This document shows, piece by piece, positions 9,087 through 17,400 of a DNA stretch of 64,000 nucleotides; positions within the stretch are counted from its first letter, which is position 1, and each line of letters opens with the position of its first letter. The notes under the pieces are model-generated. The model was given only the letters and a program-made list of their open reading frames with translations. It did not search any database and was not told the DNA's origin. A program made the translations under genes and the position numbers. The stretch covers positions 19,976-83,975 of the forward strand of contig CAMRWN010000002.1 of the NCBI GenBank assembly GCA_947054455.1, in the 5' to 3' direction. The stretch is from an uncultured Alphaproteobacteria bacterium (GTDB lineage: Bacteria > Pseudomonadota > Alphaproteobacteria > Rs-D84).

Positions 9087-9221
9087 TTAAAGTCGTTTGT
9101 TAACTTTCCTATATCTAGTATCTTCTTTATACCATGCTCTTGCTCGAACACGAGAAAGAACGTACTCGAAAAACAAAGACAAAAACATAGCAAAAAAAAC
9201 AGAAAATAAAATCAACAACAT
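9087..9221 (-). CDS. 44-aa membrane peptide (N-terminal TM, basic tail), phage copy 1
   Basis: MLLILFSVFFAMFLSLFFEYVLSRVRARAWYKEDTRYRKVNKRL. The ATG directly follows the VP2 stop (GGAGGCAGTAAATG), with a GGAGG SD inside the VP2 end. Below the ORF-track cutoff. Confidence 0.6.
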   Translation of the reverse strand: MLLILFSVFFAMFLSLFFEYVLSRVRARAWYKEDTRYRKVNKRL

Positions 9222-10025
9222 TTACTGCCTCCATGCGCCAACAGCGGCAAGAGCCAATTCAGAAGGCGATATATAAAGCCTATCCAAATTCTGAATATCA
9301 CGACCAGTAGCACGCTTATAATCATCAGCTATCTTCATTCGTAACTGAGGACTTACAACATCACCATTAAGACCTATAGAACCATTCCTATAAGCATATT
9401 GCAAAGAAGACAAATAACCAGCATTATCAGAATCATTTTCTGTTACATCCTGATTAACCATCAATCGAGGGTCACCATTCAAGTCATATGCAATTCTAAA
9501 TAACTGAGAATCTGTACCAATAGGAGGCTGTTCGGTATTACCAGAAGGCATACCAGGCTGACGCATAATATTAAGTTCAGCCCTCATTGTATCGTTACGG
9601 ATACGCTTGGCCTCAAGGTCAAGATCCCTGCTCTCTTGCTCCTGACGATTAAAGATTTGCGAAATCCTATTAATAGCAGAAGATATCGCGCTACCTTTCT
9701 GATATCCAGCATCAGAATTGCCACCAGCACTCATGGTAGGACTAACATTTGAAGAAACACCCAAGGCGGCAAGAGGATTTATACCGGCCTTAAGGGCATC
9801 TCGAACTCGATACTGAGTCGCATTCTTCTGAAAGTCCATTTGCTCGTTAAATTGACGACGAGCCTCATGACGATTATGACGAGATTCTTTCTTACTAGAA
9901 GAAGAACCAAACAAACCACCAATTAAATCACCGACGGCACCAACACCGGCACCAATAAAAGAACCAAGTCCGGGGGAAATAGAAGTACCCAAAGTAGCAC
10001 CAGTTGCAGTTAGTTCACCTGCCAT
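9222..10025 (-). CDS. Microviridae minor capsid/DNA pilot protein (VP2/H-like), copy 1
   Basis: 267 aa with a Gly-rich N-terminus and QMDFQKNATQYRVRDALKAGINPLAALG, the conserved pilot-protein motif. Confidence 0.8.
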   Translation of the reverse strand: MAGELTATGATLGTSISPGLGSFIGAGVGAVGDLIGGLFGSSSSKKESRHNRHEARRQFNEQMDFQKNATQYRVRDALKAGINPLAALGVSSNVSPTMSAGGNSDAGYQKGSAISSAINRISQIFNRQEQESRDLDLEAKRIRNDTMRAELNIMRQPGMPSGNTEQPPIGTDSQLFRIAYDLNGDPRLMVNQDVTENDSDNAGYLSSLQYAYRNGSIGLNGDVVSPQLRMKIADDYKRATGRDIQNLDRLYISPSELALAAVGAWRQ

Positions 10026-10453
10026 TATTCACACCTTATTATTATTCCAGGGCGACGTGGTTTCTGTCCACCTTTTCCAGACTTTCCCTTAGCAAACAAC
10101 ACTTCACGACGCTCTCTACGCTGTACGCAAACTGGATGTTGCCTTGGTAAATCTACCTGAATTCTACCATACTGGCCAACAGAAATCAAGCCTATATTAT
10201 TTTGGTCCTGTACCGCCAAACGATTAGCGCGCTTTATATCCCGGCGGGACATATTAAGACGGCGCATCCTTTCGGATGGTACAGGGGGTACAAAGGGCCG
10301 TGTCGGTCGTATTTGTTCTCGACTAGACGGCCCTAATACAGACCGCAAGCCCCGTAGACGAGGGTCTACGAGAATGGACCTCGCCATTCGGGTTGCGGGA
10401 GTTGTTAATTTATCAACTCGATTTTGTCTTCTTATTCGTCTTCTCAAACTCAT
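10025..10453 (-). CDS. Arg-rich basic phage protein of unknown function, copy 1
   Basis: 142 aa starting MSLRRRIRRQNR. Its TAATG stop/start overlap with VP2 implies translational coupling. Confidence 0.6.
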   Translation of the reverse strand: MSLRRRIRRQNRVDKLTTPATRMARSILVDPRLRGLRSVLGPSSREQIRPTRPFVPPVPSERMRRLNMSRRDIKRANRLAVQDQNNIGLISVGQYGRIQVDLPRQHPVCVQRRERREVLFAKGKSGKGGQKPRRPGIIIRCE

Positions 10454-10492
10454 AACAAAATCCTGTCAATACGCACATACATAGACAAGCCA

Positions 10493-11023
10493 CTATGATG
10501 TATGTGCTCCGTCAGAAGCTTCTGGAGTATTGCTCGGCATGCCTGAGGGCTCTAAAGAGCCCGCAGGAACGGCCTCATCGGCCGATACTCCTGCTACAGG
10601 CATCAAAGGCTCTGCCGGCTTGCCGGCAGGCATTTTAGGCTCAGCAGCGGGGGATATCACTTCACCGAATTCATCTCGAACTTCGGTATTGTCCAACAGA
10701 CTATCATCATTCGGGTCCTCTTCGGGGTCATTCGTGAACATTTCGCCAAGAGCGAACTGCATCGAAGCACGGGAAGCAGACACCGCGGCGGCCAATCTAT
10801 CATAACGAGCGATACGCTCAGCAAGAGTTTCAGTCTTACGAATCCGGTCCACAAGCGGACCACGAACATGAACCTCATTACCATATTCATCCAGGTAAAT
10901 CTTGGCCTTTTCATTCCTAGACTTACTCAACGATTTTGACAAACGTTCAAATTCAGCATTTGCCAGGTCATGGCCAATATTACGAGCACGGGCCAAAATA
11001 AATGATTCTTTACTTATTTTCAT
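10493..11023 (-). CDS. Phage protein with acidic/Pro-rich C-terminus (candidate internal scaffolding protein), copy 1
   Basis: 176-aa ORF 11 nt downstream of the capsid gene. The scaffold call rests only on position and composition. Confidence 0.4.
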   Translation of the reverse strand: MKISKESFILARARNIGHDLANAEFERLSKSLSKSRNEKAKIYLDEYGNEVHVRGPLVDRIRKTETLAERIARYDRLAAAVSASRASMQFALGEMFTNDPEEDPNDDSLLDNTEVRDEFGEVISPAAEPKMPAGKPAEPLMPVAGVSADEAVPAGSLEPSGMPSNTPEASDGAHTS

Positions 11024-11034
11024 TTCATATTCCT

Positions 11035-12531
11035 TTATCTAAAACGAGGGTTACCATTCGGAGATACCATATTACGCTCGATAAACGTATTACGTATAGC
11101 CGCGGCCTCAACATGAGGCGAATTTTCCATATCATTAAAAATACGAGGTGATGGATTACACTCTAAAAAGTCAGAATTTAACTCAGGAGCAGTCGTAAAG
11201 ACTCGACCTTGATGATATACCAGGTTAGTACTTTTCATAGATCCAGACACGTCATTAAGAGAACTACGATACTCATCGTAACGGTTATAGTAACCCCAAC
11301 GCTGATTATCTTGCTCTTCATTACCAGTCGGGAACAAAATTCCTTTCTTCATTTCAGCCATACCAACATGGGCAAATTCCGGAGTATAAATATCCTCACG
11401 AACATCGAAAGCCCATTCCATAGGCTGAATATTAACATACAAGGGAGCCGGCCGGATACAAACCAAATGTATAACAGTCGATGGCTCTTCGAAGTATGTC
11501 TTATAAGAACATGAACCATAACCAGTAGCAGTTCCACCACGTTGTCCAACGTATGAACTGGTCCCGGGGGCTGTCTGCAAAACACCATTAACATCCATCA
11601 TAGAACGACCATGAGCCAAGGTTTCAGGTAACTGCAAACGACGGTCGGAATACTTAATACCTAAATATGCCAACCAATCACGAAACCTCGAACCATACAG
11701 ATTACGTTTTATCTTCCAGGCCTGTTGCGCCATCGCAAAATTAAAGTCAGAAGGCAATATGCCAGTCGATTGAGAAAGATCTGCAGTTAATCCTTCAATT
11801 ACACCAGAAGACTGAGCACTATATGAGGTTTGATTAGTAACATCACCACCAGGATTAACAAAAGAACCATTTGGTAAACCTGTAACTACTTTTAAAGAAC
11901 CTCTTGAAGTAGAAATCAAATTAGAATTACCAACAACAGGTGCAGAAGTTGCAAAAGGTATTACAACCTCATCACCAAGCTGTTCCTCGACCAAGGAAGT
12001 AGTAAAAATATCCTTGGGCCAATTCATATGCCACAACTGTGTATTAGTAACAGTATCAAGGCCAGAGGCAGTAGATACAGGCAATTTTTCCTGTATATTA
12101 GGATCTAATACATGCTCATTTATCCACATAGCATATAAACGGAACGGCAAAGCGTTACACTTAAGATTAGGAACACCAGTAGCAAAACCTAAATGGTCGG
12201 CCAAAGAACCAACAGGCCAACCGCCTTCAGCCGGGGCAAGTATATAAGGCGGAACCGGACGAGTATTACCGTCTTCACCACCTGTATAAAAATCCTCAGC
12301 ATCATCCCATAAAATACGGTCATAGCCTGATATAGCAAACGTATCAACACGCATCTGGGTCAATGATTGACGAGCCAGGGAAGCCATTTGAAAGCCACCA
12401 GCAACACCTCCTCGAACAGTAGTACCAGCTATACAATGCCTGGCCGCAGTAGGAACCAATTCGGCCATATTAAAGCTTGTAATACGAGTATTCGAACGAT
12501 TATGATTATATCTTTTTAATCGAACTACCAT
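11035..12531 (-). CDS. Microviridae major capsid protein (F/VP1), copy 1
   Basis: Motifs SFNMAELVP, LPFRLYAMWINEH, DIFTTS and GSRFRDWLAYLGIKYSDRRLQLPETL. Start set at ATG 12531 (GGAGAAAAAAAAGATG) rather than the ORF-track start at 12582. Confidence 0.95.
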   Translation of the reverse strand: MVVRLKRYNHNRSNTRITSFNMAELVPTAARHCIAGTTVRGGVAGGFQMASLARQSLTQMRVDTFAISGYDRILWDDAEDFYTGGEDGNTRPVPPYILAPAEGGWPVGSLADHLGFATGVPNLKCNALPFRLYAMWINEHVLDPNIQEKLPVSTASGLDTVTNTQLWHMNWPKDIFTTSLVEEQLGDEVVIPFATSAPVVGNSNLISTSRGSLKVVTGLPNGSFVNPGGDVTNQTSYSAQSSGVIEGLTADLSQSTGILPSDFNFAMAQQAWKIKRNLYGSRFRDWLAYLGIKYSDRRLQLPETLAHGRSMMDVNGVLQTAPGTSSYVGQRGGTATGYGSCSYKTYFEEPSTVIHLVCIRPAPLYVNIQPMEWAFDVREDIYTPEFAHVGMAEMKKGILFPTGNEEQDNQRWGYYNRYDEYRSSLNDVSGSMKSTNLVYHQGRVFTTAPELNSDFLECNPSPRIFNDMENSPHVEAAAIRNTFIERNMVSPNGNPRFR

Positions 12532-12615
12532 CTTTTTTTTCTCCAAAATTAAAAAACAATTGACGATAAACCATATAATCATATATGGTCATCTGCTTAT
12601 ATTCTCGATTTTTCA

Positions 12616-12702
12616 TCAATTAAAACCAAAAAAAGCACCAACGGCACCAACAATAGCACCAACAATTCCCCAGGCAAATTTTACCCATTTCATAGTATTC
12701 AT
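12616..12702 (-). CDS. 28-aa glycine-zipper hydrophobic peptide, copy 1
   Basis: MNTMKWVKFAWGIVGAIVGAVGAFFGFN. GGAGG lies 6 nt upstream and the ATG overlaps the Rep stop (TTATGA). Below the ORF-track cutoff. Confidence 0.6.
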   Translation of the reverse strand: MNTMKWVKFAWGIVGAIVGAVGAFFGFN

Positions 12703-13568
12703 AAATACCTCCTATGTCTTAATTTATCAGATTTTTTATCAAGTTTTTCGCGCTCTTGCCATTTCGGCCGAAGAATATCAGAAATTTCTTTCCAACTTAA
12801 CGGCACGCACGACACAGTTTCGCGAATCTTCTCTTTAACCAGAAAATCCTTGAACCTCTTCTGGTCGCTGAATTCTTGTTGTTCTTCCTCATTATATAAT
12901 TTCCAAATATTACGAAGCTTATCGCGAATATACCGAGGCAAACGAATCCATTTACCACCAATACGAACGCTAAACGGAGGATAAGCATAATTCAAAACAC
13001 GCTCACGAAATGACTCATCAGTAGCGAATTTCTCAAGTATATCATAAAGTAAACCATACCCTAAGGCAGGTTTCCTCGATGCCAAGAAAAATTCAGGTGT
13101 GCGACCGTCAAGACGAACATCACCTGATTTAGTCATTTTCTTTGTAACATAGCCAGATATATAATCACAACGACCATAAGTCATGTGGTCTATATCGACA
13201 TTACCAAAACGCCAAGCCTTACGTAATGCATCAAAGCAATCACTATCGGCAAAGACAGCAACATGATAATGTGCACGCTCTGTATCATCACCATATTCAC
13301 CAACTAAAAAAGTCCGGGGAGTATAGCCAAGAAAATATTCAAGACGTTTTTTGAACTTTTTAGCAGTTTCCTTGGACAAACAACCATCGGCCGGATAAAA
13401 CTCCGGGGAGTAAGTCAATCCAACGAAATAATTATAATTATGGTAACGCATTTCTATTTTAAGCCTATCGGCCCACTCTTTCTTCTTATTCTTCAAACAA
13501 CCTGGACACTTACCGCAAGAAGTGAAACCAAGTGAACTTGAATAATTTGGATTTGTACAATAAGCCAT
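12699..13568 (-). CDS. Microviridae replication initiator (HUH endonuclease, VP4/A-like), copy 1
   Basis: Motifs FVGLTYSP, HYHVAVF (HUH) and YISGYVTKK. The likely start is ATG 13568 (MAYCTNP). The ORF-track GTG start at 13691 lies inside the dif-like site. Confidence 0.9.
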   Translation of the reverse strand: MAYCTNPNYSSSLGFTSCGKCPGCLKNKKKEWADRLKIEMRYHNYNYFVGLTYSPEFYPADGCLSKETAKKFKKRLEYFLGYTPRTFLVGEYGDDTERAHYHVAVFADSDCFDALRKAWRFGNVDIDHMTYGRCDYISGYVTKKMTKSGDVRLDGRTPEFFLASRKPALGYGLLYDILEKFATDESFRERVLNYAYPPFSVRIGGKWIRLPRYIRDKLRNIWKLYNEEEQQEFSDQKRFKDFLVKEKIRETVSCVPLSWKEISDILRPKWQEREKLDKKSDKLRHRRYL

Positions 13569-13657
13569 TAATACGTACGCGCACGACGACGGTACAAGCG
13601 GCGTGCACCAGTACGCATACGCAAACGACGACGTAAACGATAACGACGAAATCTCAT
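13568..13657 (-). CDS. 29-aa Arg-rich DNA-binding protein (J/VP8-like), copy 1
   Basis: MRFRRYRLRRRLRMRTGARRLYRRRARTY has 15 Arg in 29 aa. An AGGAG lies upstream, and the stop overlaps the Rep ATG (TAATG). Below the ORF-track cutoff. Confidence 0.65.
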   Translation of the reverse strand: MRFRRYRLRRRLRMRTGARRLYRRRARTY

Positions 13658-13682
13658 GCCCTACTCCTATATATAGATGGAT

Positions 13683-13710
13683 AAGGCGCACTATTTATAT
13701 TATGTATAGT
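13683..13710. other. dif-like site between the two phage copies (phage-type attP)
   Basis: AAGGCGCACTA-TTTATA-TTATGTATAGT differs from the 8985 site only at positions 9-10 (TA to CT). Confidence 0.8.
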
Positions 13711-13784
13711 TTACAAAGTGTGCCCTATCGGGTTAATATTTGATTTTACGATATAAATCGCAAAACCGACTTTATACAGATATA

Positions 13785-13919
13785 TTAAAGTCGTTTGTTA
13801 ACTTTCCTATATCTAGTATCTTCTTTATACCATGCTCTTGCTCGAACACGAGAAAGAACGTACTCGAAAAACAAAGACAAAAACATAGCAAAAAAAACAG
13901 AAAATAAAATCAACAACAT
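13785..13919 (-). CDS. 44-aa membrane peptide, phage copy 2
   Basis: Matches 9087-9221 at +4698 (the tracked flanking ORFs are identical). Confidence 0.6.
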   Translation of the reverse strand: MLLILFSVFFAMFLSLFFEYVLSRVRARAWYKEDTRYRKVNKRL

Positions 13920-14723
13920 TTACTGCCTCCATGCGCCAACAGCGGCAAGAGCCAATTCAGAAGGCGATATATAAAGCCTATCCAAATTCTGAATATCACG
14001 ACCAGTAGCACGCTTATAATCATCAGCTATCTTCATTCGTAACTGAGGACTTACAACATCACCATTAAGACCTATAGAACCATTCCTATAAGCATATTGC
14101 AAAGAAGACAAATAACCAGCATTATCAGAATCATTTTCTGTTACATCCTGATTAACCATCAATCGAGGGTCACCATTCAAGTCATATGCAATTCTAAATA
14201 ACTGAGAATCTGTACCAATAGGAGGCTGTTCGGTATTACCAGAAGGCATACCAGGCTGACGCATAATATTAAGTTCAGCCCTCATTGTATCGTTACGGAT
14301 ACGCTTGGCCTCAAGGTCAAGATCCCTGCTCTCTTGCTCCTGACGATTAAAGATTTGCGAAATCCTATTAATAGCAGAAGATATCGCGCTACCTTTCTGA
14401 TATCCAGCATCAGAATTGCCACCAGCACTCATGGTAGGACTAACATTTGAAGAAACACCCAAGGCGGCAAGAGGATTTATACCGGCCTTAAGGGCATCTC
14501 GAACTCGATACTGAGTCGCATTCTTCTGAAAGTCCATTTGCTCGTTAAATTGACGACGAGCCTCATGACGATTATGACGAGATTCTTTCTTACTAGAAGA
14601 AGAACCAAACAAACCACCAATTAAATCACCGACGGCACCAACACCGGCACCAATAAAAGAACCAAGTCCGGGGGAAATAGAAGTACCCAAAGTAGCACCA
14701 GTTGCAGTTAGTTCACCTGCCAT
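13920..14723 (-). CDS. Microviridae pilot protein (VP2/H-like), copy 2
   Basis: Translation identical to 9222-10025. Confidence 0.8.
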   Translation of the reverse strand: MAGELTATGATLGTSISPGLGSFIGAGVGAVGDLIGGLFGSSSSKKESRHNRHEARRQFNEQMDFQKNATQYRVRDALKAGINPLAALGVSSNVSPTMSAGGNSDAGYQKGSAISSAINRISQIFNRQEQESRDLDLEAKRIRNDTMRAELNIMRQPGMPSGNTEQPPIGTDSQLFRIAYDLNGDPRLMVNQDVTENDSDNAGYLSSLQYAYRNGSIGLNGDVVSPQLRMKIADDYKRATGRDIQNLDRLYISPSELALAAVGAWRQ

Positions 14724-15151
14724 TATTCACACCTTATTATTATTCCAGGGCGACGTGGTTTCTGTCCACCTTTTCCAGACTTTCCCTTAGCAAACAACAC
14801 TTCACGACGCTCTCTACGCTGTACGCAAACTGGATGTTGCCTTGGTAAATCTACCTGAATTCTACCATACTGGCCAACAGAAATCAAGCCTATATTATTT
14901 TGGTCCTGTACCGCCAAACGATTAGCGCGCTTTATATCCCGGCGGGACATATTAAGACGGCGCATCCTTTCGGATGGTACAGGGGGTACAAAGGGCCGTG
15001 TCGGTCGTATTTGTTCTCGACTAGACGGCCCTAATACAGACCGCAAGCCCCGTAGACGAGGGTCTACGAGAATGGACCTCGCCATTCGGGTTGCGGGAGT
15101 TGTTAATTTATCAACTCGATTTTGTCTTCTTATTCGTCTTCTCAAACTCAT
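14723..15151 (-). CDS. Arg-rich basic phage protein, copy 2
   Basis: Translation identical to 10025-10453. Confidence 0.6.
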   Translation of the reverse strand: MSLRRRIRRQNRVDKLTTPATRMARSILVDPRLRGLRSVLGPSSREQIRPTRPFVPPVPSERMRRLNMSRRDIKRANRLAVQDQNNIGLISVGQYGRIQVDLPRQHPVCVQRRERREVLFAKGKSGKGGQKPRRPGIIIRCE

Positions 15152-15190
15152 AACAAAATCCTGTCAATACGCACATACATAGACAAGCCA

Positions 15191-15721
15191 CTATGATGTA
15201 TGTGCTCCGTCAGAAGCTTCTGGAGTATTGCTCGGCATGCCTGAGGGCTCTAAAGAGCCCGCAGGAACGGCCTCATCGGCCGATACTCCTGCTACAGGCA
15301 TCAAAGGCTCTGCCGGCTTGCCGGCAGGCATTTTAGGCTCAGCAGCGGGGGATATCACTTCACCGAATTCATCTCGAACTTCGGTATTGTCCAACAGACT
15401 ATCATCATTCGGGTCCTCTTCGGGGTCATTCGTGAACATTTCGCCAAGAGCGAACTGCATCGAAGCACGGGAAGCAGACACCGCGGCGGCCAATCTATCA
15501 TAACGAGCGATACGCTCAGCAAGAGTTTCAGTCTTACGAATCCGGTCCACAAGCGGACCACGAACATGAACCTCATTACCATATTCATCCAGGTAAATCT
15601 TGGCCTTTTCATTCCTAGACTTACTCAACGATTTTGACAAACGTTCAAATTCAGCATTTGCCAGGTCATGGCCAATATTACGAGCACGGGCCAAAATAAA
15701 TGATTCTTTACTTATTTTCAT
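15191..15721 (-). CDS. Candidate internal scaffolding protein, copy 2
   Basis: Translation identical to 10493-11023. Confidence 0.4.
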   Translation of the reverse strand: MKISKESFILARARNIGHDLANAEFERLSKSLSKSRNEKAKIYLDEYGNEVHVRGPLVDRIRKTETLAERIARYDRLAAAVSASRASMQFALGEMFTNDPEEDPNDDSLLDNTEVRDEFGEVISPAAEPKMPAGKPAEPLMPVAGVSADEAVPAGSLEPSGMPSNTPEASDGAHTS

Positions 15722-15732
15722 TTCATATTCCT

Positions 15733-17229
15733 TTATCTAAAACGAGGGTTACCATTCGGAGATACCATATTACGCTCGATAAACGTATTACGTATAGCCG
15801 CGGCCTCAACATGAGGCGAATTTTCCATATCATTAAAAATACGAGGTGATGGATTACACTCTAAAAAGTCAGAATTTAACTCAGGAGCAGTCGTAAAGAC
15901 TCGACCTTGATGATATACCAGGTTAGTACTTTTCATAGATCCAGACACGTCATTAAGAGAACTACGATACTCATCGTAACGGTTATAGTAACCCCAACGC
16001 TGATTATCTTGCTCTTCATTACCAGTCGGGAACAAAATTCCTTTCTTCATTTCAGCCATACCAACATGGGCAAATTCCGGAGTATAAATATCCTCACGAA
16101 CATCGAAAGCCCATTCCATAGGCTGAATATTAACATACAAGGGAGCCGGCCGGATACAAACCAAATGTATAACAGTCGATGGCTCTTCGAAGTATGTCTT
16201 ATAAGAACATGAACCATAACCAGTAGCAGTTCCACCACGTTGTCCAACGTATGAACTGGTCCCGGGGGCTGTCTGCAAAACACCATTAACATCCATCATA
16301 GAACGACCATGAGCCAAGGTTTCAGGTAACTGCAAACGACGGTCGGAATACTTAATACCTAAATATGCCAACCAATCACGAAACCTCGAACCATACAGAT
16401 TACGTTTTATCTTCCAGGCCTGTTGCGCCATCGCAAAATTAAAGTCAGAAGGCAATATGCCAGTCGATTGAGAAAGATCTGCAGTTAATCCTTCAATTAC
16501 ACCAGAAGACTGAGCACTATATGAGGTTTGATTAGTAACATCACCACCAGGATTAACAAAAGAACCATTTGGTAAACCTGTAACTACTTTTAAAGAACCT
16601 CTTGAAGTAGAAATCAAATTAGAATTACCAACAACAGGTGCAGAAGTTGCAAAAGGTATTACAACCTCATCACCAAGCTGTTCCTCGACCAAGGAAGTAG
16701 TAAAAATATCCTTGGGCCAATTCATATGCCACAACTGTGTATTAGTAACAGTATCAAGGCCAGAGGCAGTAGATACAGGCAATTTTTCCTGTATATTAGG
16801 ATCTAATACATGCTCATTTATCCACATAGCATATAAACGGAACGGCAAAGCGTTACACTTAAGATTAGGAACACCAGTAGCAAAACCTAAATGGTCGGCC
16901 AAAGAACCAACAGGCCAACCGCCTTCAGCCGGGGCAAGTATATAAGGCGGAACCGGACGAGTATTACCGTCTTCACCACCTGTATAAAAATCCTCAGCAT
17001 CATCCCATAAAATACGGTCATAGCCTGATATAGCAAACGTATCAACACGCATCTGGGTCAATGATTGACGAGCCAGGGAAGCCATTTGAAAGCCACCAGC
17101 AACACCTCCTCGAACAGTAGTACCAGCTATACAATGCCTGGCCGCAGTAGGAACCAATTCGGCCATATTAAAGCTTGTAATACGAGTATTCGAACGATTA
17201 TGATTATATCTTTTTAATCGAACTACCAT
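15733..17229 (-). CDS. Microviridae major capsid protein (F/VP1), copy 2
   Basis: Translation identical to 11035-12531. Confidence 0.95.
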   Translation of the reverse strand: MVVRLKRYNHNRSNTRITSFNMAELVPTAARHCIAGTTVRGGVAGGFQMASLARQSLTQMRVDTFAISGYDRILWDDAEDFYTGGEDGNTRPVPPYILAPAEGGWPVGSLADHLGFATGVPNLKCNALPFRLYAMWINEHVLDPNIQEKLPVSTASGLDTVTNTQLWHMNWPKDIFTTSLVEEQLGDEVVIPFATSAPVVGNSNLISTSRGSLKVVTGLPNGSFVNPGGDVTNQTSYSAQSSGVIEGLTADLSQSTGILPSDFNFAMAQQAWKIKRNLYGSRFRDWLAYLGIKYSDRRLQLPETLAHGRSMMDVNGVLQTAPGTSSYVGQRGGTATGYGSCSYKTYFEEPSTVIHLVCIRPAPLYVNIQPMEWAFDVREDIYTPEFAHVGMAEMKKGILFPTGNEEQDNQRWGYYNRYDEYRSSLNDVSGSMKSTNLVYHQGRVFTTAPELNSDFLECNPSPRIFNDMENSPHVEAAAIRNTFIERNMVSPNGNPRFR

Positions 17230-17313
17230 CTTTTTTTTCTCCAAAATTAAAAAACAATTGACGATAAACCATATAATCATATATGGTCATCTGCTTATAT
17301 TCTCGATTTTTCA

Positions 17314-17400
17314 TCAATTAAAACCAAAAAAAGCACCAACGGCACCAACAATAGCACCAACAATTCCCCAGGCAAATTTTACCCATTTCATAGTATTCAT
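17314..17400 (-). CDS. 28-aa glycine-zipper hydrophobic peptide, copy 2
   Basis: Matches 12616-12702 at +4698. Confidence 0.6.
   Translation of the reverse strand: MNTMKWVKFAWGIVGAIVGAVGAFFGFN

Noticed and set aside
11035-12582. Capsid ORF start at 12582 (MIIWFIVNCFLILEKKK...).
   Set aside because: The ATG at 12531 has a GGAG SD, and the preceding 17 codons are hydrophobic read-through of the intergenic region.
12699-13691. ORF-track version of Rep starting at 13691 (a GTG inside the dif-like site), giving a 41-aa N-terminal extension.
   Set aside because: The extension (RLIHLYIGVGHEISSLSFTSSFAYAYW...) looks non-protein-like and overlaps the much more convincing Arg-rich 29-aa ORF in another frame. 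The conserved Rep N-terminus begins at MAYCTNP (13568).
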